Of a stretch of DNA of 64,000 nt, positions 1-9,206 are shown piece by piece; positions within the stretch are counted from its first letter, which is position 1, and each line of letters opens with the position of its first letter. A model generated the notes under the pieces. That model saw only the letters and a program-made list of their open reading frames with translations. It did no database searches and was not told where the DNA came from. Location: the NCBI GenBank assembly GCA_963730325.1, contig CAVSRC010000006.1, positions 2,693 to 66,692 of the forward strand, written 5' to 3'. Source of the stretch: an uncultured Alphaproteobacteria bacterium (lineage in GTDB: Bacteria > Pseudomonadota > Alphaproteobacteria > Rhizobiales > Kaistiaceae). The translations under genes were made by a program, and so were the position numbers.

Positions 1-333
1 GTCGTCCACGAACGGGCGTTGTTCTACGCCACTGGCGGCTTGGCGGTCGCGGGCATCAACAACAGCGGCATTGACGACGATGAGCTCTATGAAGGGCCGC
101 TTTGGAGTTCAAACTCCACTCGTGTCGGCTTTACGCTTGGCGCTGGCGTTGAAATGGCACTGCACAGCGGATGGTCGCTGAAGCTGGAAGGCCTTTACAT
201 GGATTTCGGCTCATCGACCCTGCCGCCCAATCCGGGGACAGAGTCACAATATACCTGCTCCGCACCCGCGTGCCGCATGACCGTTAGCAATAGTGCAGTC
301 GTGTTTCGAGTGGGCGCCAACAAGCACTACTGA
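1..333 (+). CDS. Omp25/Omp31-like outer-membrane beta-barrel (porin family) protein, C-terminal part; 5' end lies outside the window
   Basis: The frame of ORF 19..333 stays open to nt 1. The pattern YATGGLA..GFTLGAGVE..WSLKLEGLYMDFG..VVFRVGANKHY resembles the last strands of Rhizobiales Omp25-type barrels, including the terminal aromatic residue. Confidence 0.7.
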   Translation, partial: VVHERALFYATGGLAVAGINNSGIDDDELYEGPLWSSNSTRVGFTLGAGVEMALHSGWSLKLEGLYMDFGSSTLPPNPGTESQYTCSAPACRMTVSNSAVVFRVGANKHY

Positions 334-370
334 TTGGGCAATAGAAGGCTGCCCCGCAGTGGCTGGCTGA

Positions 371-958
371 TTGGCTCGATGTCGCGGAGGCTTTTCAAGG
401 CGAGACCGGCGAACTTTCCGGCTCTGGCCGATGGCGCGTCAGGTTATCCCCGTGGCATGGGCTCGGTTGGACCGGGAGCAAATTCACCGCGATCTTTATG
501 ACGTGCTTCGGCCCATGCAGTCCCGCGAGCGGCAGGGTGTCATGGAGCAAATCCGCGCCCTTCGCGGCGACAAGGGCCTCACAACGTCTGACCGCCCAAT
601 GAACGTTGGCGAGATTCAAACCCTCACCAGGGAAGGCCCGTGGACAATCGGCGCCCACTCGGTCACCCACCCGCTTCTTGCCGACATCGCATTGAGCGAG
701 GCGGCCTACGAGATCGCGCAATCGCGCCGCGCCTGCGCCGCTCTTTCGGACATGCCCATGGACAGCTTCGCCTATCCCTATGGCTCCTTCGACAGCAACA
801 CCTGCGCGCTGGTGAAGGAAGCCGGCTTTCGCCACGCCTGTTCGACCGTCGGGAGCGCCGTCTCCCCGTCGTCGCCCCTCTTCTCCCTGCCACGCTTGCA
901 GGTTCCGAACCTCGGTGGCGACGCATTCGCCGAATGGCTTCAGGACCAGGCGCCGTAG
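371..958 (+). CDS. Polysaccharide deacetylase (NodB-fold) family protein, N-terminally truncated; probable gene remnant
   Basis: NodB motifs HSVTHP and FAYPYG are present. The upstream TFDDG-type motif region is missing because the ORF cannot extend past about nt 371 (the porin gene ends at 333). Confidence 0.55.
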   Translation: MARCRGGFSRRDRRTFRLWPMARQVIPVAWARLDREQIHRDLYDVLRPMQSRERQGVMEQIRALRGDKGLTTSDRPMNVGEIQTLTREGPWTIGAHSVTHPLLADIALSEAAYEIAQSRRACAALSDMPMDSFAYPYGSFDSNTCALVKEAGFRHACSTVGSAVSPSSPLFSLPRLQVPNLGGDAFAEWLQDQAP

Positions 959-1695
959 CGCGCCGCATTGACGCCGGCGGCGGACCTGGGTCCGGGCCGA
1001 GACGGAACGGAAGGCCCGCCGAACGTCCGTTCGAATGCGCCGGTTCGCCGGCGCGCGCATGGGACGCTCCGCCCATCAAGCGCAATTCCACAGGTATTTG
1101 AGCTACTTAGGAGAAGGTGCGGCGTCATGGCTCCCGGCAACCGTCGCGACGGACGTGCCCCGCCAACCCGCGACAACGGCAAATCTTGACGCCGCCCTTG
1201 TCCGGAACCAGATTCTGTTCAGCAGCCTGTCGAACCACGACAGCGGGTCCGCAGGGACCTTGCAGTGGGGGGAGCGAAAGGGGCTGAAACATGAGACAGC
1301 ATCACGCCGATATAACAGCGACGTTCACAGACCGGTGGATGGCCGGCAGATTTGCCATGCATTGCCGAGCCGACGGATATCCCGGCGAACGAGACGGGGA
1401 AACCGTTGTCACCGTGACCGTAAACAGCGACCGGGATGAACGGATCGTCCTGGGCCTGGCCGAGGGAGTTCAAGGGTACAGCCAAGGTACTAGCCGACGT
1501 GGAGTGAGCATCCCCGCGTCACCCTGCCGACGGAGGCCCGCCAGACGGTCCCGCGAGGACCCCTGGAGCGGGGCTTGATTCTTGTGGGTCCACTTCAAGC
1601 GCAATGGGCTCACCCCCTGCCGACTGCCAAGGTCGCCGCGTCGTCTCCGCCTTCATCGCCACCGCCTTTGCCCAGAGCAACGCCTGACACCCGGA

Positions 1696-1730
1696 CGAAG
1701 AAAAGCCCGTCTCGATCGCTCGAGACGGGC
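1696..1730 (-). terminator. Rho-independent terminator downstream of the VOC-like remnant
   Basis: Perfect 11-bp stem gcccgtctcga/tcgagacgggc (1705-1715 / 1720-1730) with a 4-nt loop. On the minus strand it is followed by ttttcttcg. Confidence 0.6.
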
Positions 1731-1761
1731 TCGATCCGTCATTTTTCAATCAGGCACCACG

Positions 1762-1998
1762 TCAGTCGGTGTTGACCAGGCGTTCGCCCGGGGTCTTGGG
1801 CTCCCACAGAACGGTCTTGCCGCTCTTGTCATGGGCGATGCCGTCTTCGCAGCTCACCAGCTCGAGGTTCATGCCCCACGGCGTCACGAAATAGATCCAG
1901 GTGAGGCCGGCGAGCAGCTTTTTCAGCTTGGCGTTCTCATGAGCCTGTCGCAGTGACGCCTTGAAGAGGAACCGTCCGCATCTCTGCGCGGTCCGCAA
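1762..1998 (-). pseudogene. VOC/glyoxalase-family C-terminal remnant
   Basis: TWIYFVTPWGMNLELVSCEDG resembles the last beta-alpha-beta module of VOC proteins. The missing N-terminal half would have to overlap the LacI gene ending at 2062. Confidence 0.4.
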
Positions 1999-2061
1999 CG
2001 GGTCATTCAGGACCGAAACCGACGGCTCTGGCTGTCAGTGCATGTCGCCTTCGCGACACGG

Positions 2062-3051
2062 TCAGCCGCTTTCGCTTTCGATCAAGCGCACCGGGAGCCT
2101 GATCACCGGCTCCTTGATTTCGCGCTTCAGGGACAGCGCGATCGCCAGCTCTGCAGCCCTGGTTCCGATCTCCGCCCTGGGGATACTCACATAGGTAAGC
2201 GGCACCGGCAGGTACCGGTTGAGCTCGACCTCGCCGATGCCGACGATCGCAACGTCCTGGGGAACCCTTATGCCTTCCCTGAGAAGCTGGAGAAGCGTCA
2301 CCGGAGTCCAGATCTCGCCGGCTACGACGAGTCCGTCGAACCTGACGTTGCGCGCCAATTGCGTCGCAGCGTTTTGGCCGGCAACGACGCCATGGTCCAC
2401 CTGCACCATCCGCTCCGATGCGATTTCAAGACCCGCCTCCCGATGGGCCAGGCGATAACCGGCAAGGCGGTCCCGTGCATTGGTTGTCTGCCTCACATGG
2501 CCGCTGATGATGGCGATCTGCCTGCGGCCCGTGGCGATCAGCCGCCGGGTAGCGACATAACCTGCCTCAAGGTCGGAGTGCCCGACTGCGAAATGGATCG
2601 GCTGTTTCGACAGGTTGCCGACTTCGATCGGCGGCACAGGCAGCGACCTTATGAGGTTGGCGCTTTCCGGCGTATGGCCGATGGAAGGCAGGAGAATTGC
2701 CTTTACACGCTGCGCCAGAAGTGCGGCAACGGCCTGTGGCTCGCGCTTCTTGTCGTAGTTGATCGTCTGCAGCACAAAGTCAGCGCGGGCCTTTTCGAAA
2801 ACCGAGCGCACCGCATCGATGAACGGCAGGTAGACCAAGTCCTGCAGTGTCGCCACGACAACACCGAAGGCGCGCGTACGCTGCGACGCCAGGTGGGACG
2901 CCGCCCGATTCCCGTAATAGCCTATCTCCTTGGCGACCTCGAGGATGCGCTTGCGCGTTTCCGGCTTGATTGGCGCGCCGTCCAGAAACGCGCGCGAAAC
3001 CGTCATTTGGGAGAAGCCGCTCAGCCGCGCCACATCGTAGGTCGTCGGCAT
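2062..3051 (-). CDS. LacI family transcriptional regulator
   Basis: N-terminal HTH YDVARLSGFSQMTVSRAF followed by a periplasmic-binding-fold effector domain. ATG at 3051 places the HTH at the N-terminus; the ORF is open to 3117. Confidence 0.9.
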   Translation of the reverse strand: MPTTYDVARLSGFSQMTVSRAFLDGAPIKPETRKRILEVAKEIGYYGNRAASHLASQRTRAFGVVVATLQDLVYLPFIDAVRSVFEKARADFVLQTINYDKKREPQAVAALLAQRVKAILLPSIGHTPESANLIRSLPVPPIEVGNLSKQPIHFAVGHSDLEAGYVATRRLIATGRRQIAIISGHVRQTTNARDRLAGYRLAHREAGLEIASERMVQVDHGVVAGQNAATQLARNVRFDGLVVAGEIWTPVTLLQLLREGIRVPQDVAIVGIGEVELNRYLPVPLTYVSIPRAEIGTRAAELAIALSLKREIKEPVIRLPVRLIESESG

Positions 3052-3349
3052 GCTGCGCGCGGGCCATTCGCTGGCGCGCGCTTCTTTCGATTTCCGGCGG
3101 CGAGGCGAATTGGTCATCCTGGGCCGTGAGGCTCGTCTACGGGAGTTTCGGCGCGCGCCCTATGGGCCTTCGGTGGACAAACGTCGCGGGCCGATGTGAC
3201 CTTCCCCACGGGTGGTTGCAATCGAGGCAGGTTTCGAGCGGCAGTGCCCATGTCGGACGAGACCGGGCCGAAGCGAAACTAGACGGAAGGTTGGTCGGGC
3301 GCAACGCTGCACGCCGTGGTCGAGAGCCAGGCTGACCTTGTGGGCCGGA

Positions 3350-4249
3350 TTACGGCTCCGCGATCGAGCGCATCAGGGTCTCCTTGGCGGAGGCCAGATG
3401 CGCCGCACACGCCAGTTGCGCCAGGGACGGTTTCCGGGTCTGCAGAGCGTCGATGTAGACGAGGTGTTCGCGCAGCGCCACCTCATTGCGCTGGCGCTCG
3501 TCACGCTTGTTCCACTGGTAGTGATAGTGGAAGATCAGGGTGATGATCTCGTAGAAGCCTTCGATGAATCTGTTCGGATCTGCAGCGTTTATCAGGCGGT
3601 GAAAACGGCTGTCGATGTCCGAGAAATCATGGAACCGATCGTCGATCTCCGACAGCAGCGCCAAATGTTCCGCGCGAATTGCGTCGAGCTGAACCCAGCG
3701 CGGTGAACTCTCCGGCAGCTTTGCGAAAGCCACGGCCGAGCGCAGTTCAAACATCTCGCGGATCTCGAAAAGCTCCAGGCCGAACGCCGTCGTAAAGCCA
3801 CTGAAGACCCAACCGGCATTTGGGCGCTTCTTGATGAGCCCGAACCGCTGGAAGCGGTTCAGGAACTCGCGAACGCTGCTGGTCGCCACGCCAAACCGCC
3901 GGGCGAGTTCCAGCTCGTTGATGGCCGTTCCCGGATGCGCGTTTCCCCTCAGCATCCAGTCCATGAAGCGCTTTTCAACGTTCGCGGCGGTGGAGACCGT
4001 TTCGGCCTGGGGAAAGCGGCGGATCGATCGTGGTGAAAGGCGAACGAAGCGGTCGCGACCGCTTCCCTTCACGACGCCATTCTCGGACAGCACGTCGAGA
4101 ACCTTGCGTACCGTGGCGCGGCTGACGTTGAGCTGTGCGCCGAGTTTGGCCTCCGACGGAAGCGGCTGTCCGTCCTCGAAATTCGAGATCACGTCGAGGG
4201 CATCGTTGAAGGCGCATTTGAAGACGGTATCGGATTTCATATCGATCAC
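3350..4249 (-). CDS. GntR/FCD family regulator with two tandem winged-HTH modules
   Basis: First wHTH: LPSEAKLGAQLNVSRATVRKVLDVLSENGVVKGSGRDRFV. Second wHTH: INELELARRFGVATSSVREFLNRFQRFGLIKKRPNAGWVF. An all-helical FCD-like C-terminal domain follows. Confidence 0.85.
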   Translation of the reverse strand: MIDMKSDTVFKCAFNDALDVISNFEDGQPLPSEAKLGAQLNVSRATVRKVLDVLSENGVVKGSGRDRFVRLSPRSIRRFPQAETVSTAANVEKRFMDWMLRGNAHPGTAINELELARRFGVATSSVREFLNRFQRFGLIKKRPNAGWVFSGFTTAFGLELFEIREMFELRSAVAFAKLPESSPRWVQLDAIRAEHLALLSEIDDRFHDFSDIDSRFHRLINAADPNRFIEGFYEIITLIFHYHYQWNKRDERQRNEVALREHLVYIDALQTRKPSLAQLACAAHLASAKETLMRSIAEP

Positions 4250-4285
4250 CTCCCGCCCAATTCGGTCGTTTACTCGATAAAATAC

Positions 4286-4336
4286 AGTTTGACCTTATTC
4301 CAAACTATGGCTTTTCTCCATAACAAACGCTGTTTG
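4286..4336. promoter_or_regulatory. Candidate GntR operators in the divergent promoter region
   Basis: Inverted repeats share one half-site: AGTTTG-N9-CAAACT (4286-4306) and CAAAC-N3-GTTTG (4324-4336). They lie in an unusually AT-rich spacer between the GntR gene and the ABC permease gene. Confidence 0.4.
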
Positions 4337-4368
4337 CGCAATCACAAATGCGTTGAGCGGGGGGAAGG

Positions 4369-5415
4369 GTGACAGGGGCAACGCGCGACGCATCGAATGC
4401 CGTCTCGCCCGATGGCGGCCACACCGGCAGCACGATGGTCATCGCGCTCAGCCTGCGGCTCGTCAGCATCGGCCCCCTGCTGATCCTCATCGTTCTGGTG
4501 GCGGGGATCAGCCTGCTCACGCCGTATTTCCTGACGCCCATCAACATCAAGAACATCCTGGCGCAGACGGCGGTCATCGCCATTGTCGCGCTCGGTCAGC
4601 ATCTGGTCATCCTGACCAGGGGCATCGACCTTTCGGTGGGCTCGAACCTGGCGCTGGCCACCGTCATTGGCGGCCTGCTGTTCCGGGTCACCAACTCGGC
4701 GGCGCTGGTCATTGCGGCGATCCTCGTCACCGGCGCGCTTGTCGGTTTCGTCAACGGCGCCGTCTACGTATTCGGGCGCCTGCCGCATCCCTTCATCATC
4801 ACGCTCGCGACCCTCAGCGTCTGTCGCGGTCTCGCGCTCGAATTGTCGATCGGGCACACCACCATGCGTGGCATGCCCGACGCCGTCGTTGCCGTCGGCA
4901 GCGGAGAAACCTTCGGCGTTCCCAACGCCTTCTTCGTGGTTGTCCTGGTCGCGATCGCCATCTTCGTCATGGCGAAATTGATGGTCTGGGGCCGCTGGAC
5001 CTACGCCGTCGGCGGCGAGCCGGAAGCGGCCGTCGAGATGGGCATCCCGGTCAAGTGGGTGCTGCTGTCGACCTATGTGATCTCCGGCCTGTGCGCGGGA
5101 ATCGGCGCGGTCGTGCTGGCGGGCCGCACGGCGGCCAGTTCGCCGCTCTACGGCAACCTGCTCGAGCTCGACACCATCGCCGCGGTCATCATCGGCGGGG
5201 CGAGTTTCCTCGGCGGCCGCGGCCACATCGGCAACGCGCTCGTCGGCGCCGTCATGATCGGCGTCATCCGCAACGCCCTCAACCTGCTCGACGTCGACGT
5301 GTTCTTCCAGATGATCGCCATCGGCCTGGTCATCGTTGTGGCGGTCGAGGCGGACGTGCTGCGCAACTATCTGGAAGGGCATGCCCGCACCCTCCAGGCA
5401 GCGAGGGCGCAATGA
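4369..5415 (+). CDS. Sugar ABC transporter permease (ribose/CUT2 type)
   Basis: Multi-pass hydrophobic protein with RbsC-like architecture. Its stop overlaps the ATG of the ATPase gene (ATGA at 5412-5415). Confidence 0.9.
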   Translation: MTGATRDASNAVSPDGGHTGSTMVIALSLRLVSIGPLLILIVLVAGISLLTPYFLTPINIKNILAQTAVIAIVALGQHLVILTRGIDLSVGSNLALATVIGGLLFRVTNSAALVIAAILVTGALVGFVNGAVYVFGRLPHPFIITLATLSVCRGLALELSIGHTTMRGMPDAVVAVGSGETFGVPNAFFVVVLVAIAIFVMAKLMVWGRWTYAVGGEPEAAVEMGIPVKWVLLSTYVISGLCAGIGAVVLAGRTAASSPLYGNLLELDTIAAVIIGGASFLGGRGHIGNALVGAVMIGVIRNALNLLDVDVFFQMIAIGLVIVVAVEADVLRNYLEGHARTLQAARAQ

Positions 5416-6176
5416 CCGCCGCGCCGACCGCCCCCGTTCTCACGGTTCGCAACGCCGACAAGCACTTTGGCGCCGTCCATGCCCTGAAGGACGTCAGCCT
5501 GGACGCCTATCGCGGCGAGGTGCTGGCGCTGCTCGGCGACAACGGCGCCGGCAAGTCGACGCTGGTCAAGTGCATTGCCGGCGTTCACGCGTTGGACGGG
5601 GGCGAGATACTGCTCGACGGCGAACGCACCGCTCTGCATTCGCCGGCTGCCGCGCGCCGCGCCGGCATAGAGACCGTCTACCAGGACCTCGCTCTCTTCG
5701 ACAATCTGACGCCGGCCCAGAATTTCTACTGCGGGCGCGAGATCGCATTCCCCAATTGGCTGCCGCGCGGCATGCGCTTCCTGCGCCAACGTGCCATGGA
5801 CCGCGAAGCGGCCGCGGTGATCGACCGCCTCAAGGTCAAGCTGCCCAAGTTCGACGCGCCGGTGGCGCTGATGTCCGGTGGACAGCGGCAGGCCATCGCC
5901 GTCGCCCGCGCCACGGTCTTCGCGGGCAAGCTGGTCATCCTCGACGAACCGACGGCCGCCCTCGGCCTGCGCGAGTCGCGCAAGGTCCTCGACCTGATCA
6001 AGCAGCTCCGCGCCGAGGGCAATGCCGTGATCCTCATCACCCACAACATGGAACATGTGGTCGAGCTTGCCGACCGCGCGGCCGTCCTGCGCCAGGGCCG
6101 CAAGGTCGGCGAACTGAAACCGGACCGTTCGAACCGGCAGGAGCTGGTCTCCATGATCGTCGGTGCGGAGGTCTAG
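5412..6176 (+). CDS. Sugar ABC transporter ATP-binding protein (single ABC domain)
   Basis: Walker A GDNGAGKST, signature MSGGQRQ, Walker B LVILDEPT. Translationally coupled to the permease. Confidence 0.9.
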   Translation: MTAAPTAPVLTVRNADKHFGAVHALKDVSLDAYRGEVLALLGDNGAGKSTLVKCIAGVHALDGGEILLDGERTALHSPAAARRAGIETVYQDLALFDNLTPAQNFYCGREIAFPNWLPRGMRFLRQRAMDREAAAVIDRLKVKLPKFDAPVALMSGGQRQAIAVARATVFAGKLVILDEPTAALGLRESRKVLDLIKQLRAEGNAVILITHNMEHVVELADRAAVLRQGRKVGELKPDRSNRQELVSMIVGAEV

Positions 6177-6253
6177 CGAGATTCGCCGCCAATCGCGCGG
6201 CGGATGAACGGAGTCGGTCCGTTGAGGGCTGACCCAAAATGGGAGATGGAGCC

Positions 6254-7168
6254 ATGAGACTGAAACTCATGCTGGGGGGCCTGATACTCGCCGTCGCGGC
6301 AGCGGGACCCGCCCTGGCAGCTGACAAGATCAAGATCGGGTACATCACGAAGTTCCCGGTGCCTTACTTCCAGACCATGGAAGATGCCGCCAAGGCCTGG
6401 GCCAAGGACCATCCGAACGTCGAGATCGTCTACGGCCAGGGCGCGGCGGCGACCGACATCGAAGGCCAGATCGCGCTCATCGAGAAGATGGTCGCCCAGG
6501 GCGTGCAGGGCATTGCCATCACGCCGGTCGATCCGAGCGTATCGACCACGCTCGACAAGGCCGTTGCGGCGGGCGTCAAGGTCGTTCTGATGGACAACAG
6601 CATCCCCGGTTGGGAGAACGGCACGTCGCTGGCAACCACCAACAACCTCGAGGCCGGCAAGCTCGCCGGTGAATACCTCAAGACGGTGCTCAAGGATGGC
6701 GACAAGCTCGGCATCCTCGAAGGCGTTCCGGGCGTTCCTTCTCTGGACGACCGGGTCAACGGCATGCTCGCGGGGCTGACGGGCGTCAACGTCGACATCG
6801 TCGGCAAGGGCGCCACGGGCTGCACGGAGGAGAAGGGCATCAACGTCGCGCAGGACATCCTGACGGCGAATCCCGAGATCAAGGCGATCTACTCGGCCTG
6901 CGGCCCGCCCGCCGCCGGTGCCGCCCAGGCGATCAAGAACGCCAAGCTCGACCACCACATCATCCTGGTCGGCTTCGACTTCTGCTGCGGCGAGCCGGAA
7001 GCCATCGCCGCCGGCGACGAGGACGCCTCGGTGGCTCAGTTCCCGGCCAAGATGTCGGAGTATGGCGTCGATGCGCTGGTCAAGGCGATCAACGGCGAAA
7101 AGGTCGAGCCGCTGATCAACTCCGGCGCCGCGCTGGTCACCAAGGACAACATGGCCGAGTTCCAGTAG
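6254..7168 (+). CDS. Periplasmic sugar-binding protein (CUT2 type)
   Basis: Signal peptide MRLKLMLGGLILAVAAAGPALA, then a type I periplasmic-binding fold. GGAG-like RBS before ATG 6254; alternative ATG at 6239. Confidence 0.9.
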   Translation: MRLKLMLGGLILAVAAAGPALAADKIKIGYITKFPVPYFQTMEDAAKAWAKDHPNVEIVYGQGAAATDIEGQIALIEKMVAQGVQGIAITPVDPSVSTTLDKAVAAGVKVVLMDNSIPGWENGTSLATTNNLEAGKLAGEYLKTVLKDGDKLGILEGVPGVPSLDDRVNGMLAGLTGVNVDIVGKGATGCTEEKGINVAQDILTANPEIKAIYSACGPPAAGAAQAIKNAKLDHHIILVGFDFCCGEPEAIAAGDEDASVAQFPAKMSEYGVDALVKAINGEKVEPLINSGAALVTKDNMAEFQ

Positions 7169-7178
7169 CGCCCGTCGC

Positions 7179-7203
7179 GGGGGCCGGACCGTCTCCGGCC
7201 CCC
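7179..7203 (+). terminator. GC-rich hairpin after the binding-protein gene (possible terminator or attenuator)
   Basis: Perfect 10-bp stem gggggccgga/tccggccccc with a 5-nt loop. No U-tract follows. Confidence 0.35.
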
Positions 7204-7259
7204 GCCCCCACCCCTGTCGCTCAAACCAGATCCGGCATCTGCGCAGCGAGGCACCAACG

Positions 7260-8258
7260 ATGGAACTGATCGATGCGTTGGTATGCGTCGAGCCCGGCAG
7301 GCTCGAATTGGCGCGGCGCCCCGTTCCGTCGCTTGCGGCGACGGATGCCTTGGTGCGGCCGCGGCGCGTCGGCATCTGCGGCACCGATTTTCACATCTTT
7401 GAGGGCAAGCATCCCTATCTGAACTATCCGCGCGTAATGGGCCATGAACTCGCTGTCGAAGTCGTCGAAGCGCCTCCCGCTTCGGGTCTGGCGCCAGGCG
7501 ACATGTGCGTCGTCAATCCGTATATCTCCTGCGGCCATTGTGTCGCGTGCCGCGCCGGCAAGCCGAACTGCTGCGTCGAGATCGCGGTCCTCGGCGTTCA
7601 TCAGGACGGTGGCATGGCTGACCTCATGGTGCTGCCGGTCGTCAACCTCATCCGGACGCCGGGCCTCACCGCCGACGAATGCGCAACAGTGGAATTTCTA
7701 TCGATCGGAGCACACGCGATCAGGCGCGGCGCGGTCACCAGCCAGGACAGGGTGCTCGTGGTTGGCGCCGGCCCGATCGGCCTTGGCGTCGCTTTGTTTG
7801 CGGGCCTTTCGGGTGCTGCGGTCGCCGTCTTCGACCGCGACGAGGAGCGAGCCACGGCTGCGCAATCGATCTCCGGTGCAGACGTCCTGGGCCGAGCTGA
7901 TATCGATGCCGCCACCGACGGCTTCGACATCGTGTTCGATGCCACCGGCAATCAGCAGTCGATGGAGAAGGGGTTCGATTTTGTCGCCCATGGCGGACGC
8001 TACGTCCTCGTAAGCGTGATCAAGGGTCCGATCACGTTTGCGGATCCCGACTTCCATCGCAAAGAAATGACGCTTAGCGGCAGCCGCAACGCCACCAACG
8101 ACGACTTCGGGCGCGTTATCGCGGCCATTCACGATGGGCTGGTTCCGATCGGCCGCTTGATCACCCACCGCACCACCCTTGAGGAGGCCGTCAAGGACAT
8201 CCCGCGATGGGCTTCCGACAGGTCCGGCCTCACAAAGGCGCTGATCGAAATCAGCTGA
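7260..8258 (+). CDS. Zn-dependent alcohol/polyol dehydrogenase (MDR family)
   Basis: Catalytic-zinc region GICGTDFH..GHE, structural-zinc cluster CGHCVACRAGKPNCC, and Rossmann motif VGAGPIGLG. Confidence 0.9.
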   Translation: MELIDALVCVEPGRLELARRPVPSLAATDALVRPRRVGICGTDFHIFEGKHPYLNYPRVMGHELAVEVVEAPPASGLAPGDMCVVNPYISCGHCVACRAGKPNCCVEIAVLGVHQDGGMADLMVLPVVNLIRTPGLTADECATVEFLSIGAHAIRRGAVTSQDRVLVVGAGPIGLGVALFAGLSGAAVAVFDRDEERATAAQSISGADVLGRADIDAATDGFDIVFDATGNQQSMEKGFDFVAHGGRYVLVSVIKGPITFADPDFHRKEMTLSGSRNATNDDFGRVIAAIHDGLVPIGRLITHRTTLEEAVKDIPRWASDRSGLTKALIEIS

Positions 8259-8261
8259 CAT

Positions 8262-8497
8262 GGCGCTTCAAGAGGGGCGTCGTTGGCATGCGCGCGGTAC
8301 ACGCGTTGCCGGGTCGACCAATTCGCCCAGTCCAGCGTCTGAGCGATGCGTTCCGGCCTGGTGACTCCGACCACGGTAGACGTCACGCGCGGGTCGCGCA
8401 TGGAGAACTGCAACGCTGCCGCGCCCGTCGGCACACGGTAGCGAGCGCAAATCGCCTCGATGCGGCGCTCGAAGGCGGCACTGCGAGCCTGGGGCAG
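8262..8497 (-). pseudogene. Aldo/keto reductase 3' fragment (last 75 codons or so only)
   Basis: RIEAICARYRVPTGAAALQFSMRDPRVTSTVVGVTRPERIAQTLDWANW matches the AKR C-terminus. The rest of the gene is absent because the livF-like gene ends at 8499. Confidence 0.6.
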
Positions 8498-8498
8498 C

Positions 8499-9206
8499 CT
8501 ACGCGCCGAGATAAGCCTGACGGACGCGATCGTCGTGGAGCAGGGCCTCGCCGGTGCCTGACAGTGCCACCCTGCCGTTCTCGATGACATAGGCGAAAGC
8601 CGCCAGCTTGAGAGAGGCGGCGACGTTCTGCTCGACCAGAACGCAGGTGATGCCGGCCGCGTTCAGATCGGCGATCGTCTTGAGCACGCCCTGAACCGCC
8701 AGCGGCGCCAGGCCGAGCGAGGGCTCGTCGAACATGATGAGATCGGGCGAGCCCATCAGGCAACGCCCGATGGCGAGCATCTGCTGCTCGCCACCCGACA
8801 GCGTGCCGGCCGGCTGGCGGCGGCGTTCCGCCAGGCGCGGGAACATGGTCATCACGTGCTCGAGGTTGCGGTGCCGGTCGGCGCGGGCCCTGGGCAGCAT
8901 GGCGCCCATGGCGAGGTTCTCGGCGACCGACAGGCTCGGGAAGACCTGGCGGCCCTCGGCGACCTGGCCGATGCCAAGGTCGCAGACCTGGTGGCTGGGC
9001 CGGCCGGCGATATCCTCACCGCGATAGAGGATGCGGCCGCGCGCCGGGCGATACATGCCGGCGATCGTGCGGATGAGCGAGGTCTTGCCGGCGCCGTTGG
9101 CGCCGACGATGGCGACGATGGCGCCTTCCTCGATCGTAAGCGATACGCCGTCGAGCGCCTGGGCGTCGCCATAGAACAGGTCGAGCTCTTCGACGGAGAG
9201 GATCAT
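8499..9206 (-). CDS. LIV-type (HAAT family) ABC transporter ATP-binding protein, LivF-like
   Basis: Walker A GANGAGKTS, signature LSGGEQQ, Walker B LIMFDEPS. ATGA overlap with the upstream LivG-like gene. Confidence 0.9.
   Translation of the reverse strand: MILSVEELDLFYGDAQALDGVSLTIEEGAIVAIVGANGAGKTSLIRTIAGMYRPARGRILYRGEDIAGRPSHQVCDLGIGQVAEGRQVFPSLSVAENLAMGAMLPRARADRHRNLEHVMTMFPRLAERRRQPAGTLSGGEQQMLAIGRCLMGSPDLIMFDEPSLGLAPLAVQGVLKTIADLNAAGITCVLVEQNVAASLKLAAFAYVIENGRVALSGTGEALLHDDRVRQAYLGA

Noticed and set aside
1291-1578. A 95-aa ORF with an RBS-like sequence in the otherwise empty region at the window start.
   Set aside because: It has no recognisable family or motif. Its C-terminal half is Arg/Pro/Ser-rich like frame artefacts, and the surrounding sequence contains REP-like hairpins. 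The evidence is insufficient to call a gene.
5412-6176. A CUT2-type sugar transporter ATPase with only one ABC domain (255 codons) instead of the fused double domain of RbsA-type proteins.
   Set aside because: Single-domain ATPases occur in a known subgroup of rhizobial CUT2 systems (FrcA-like). This is not evidence of truncation or novelty.
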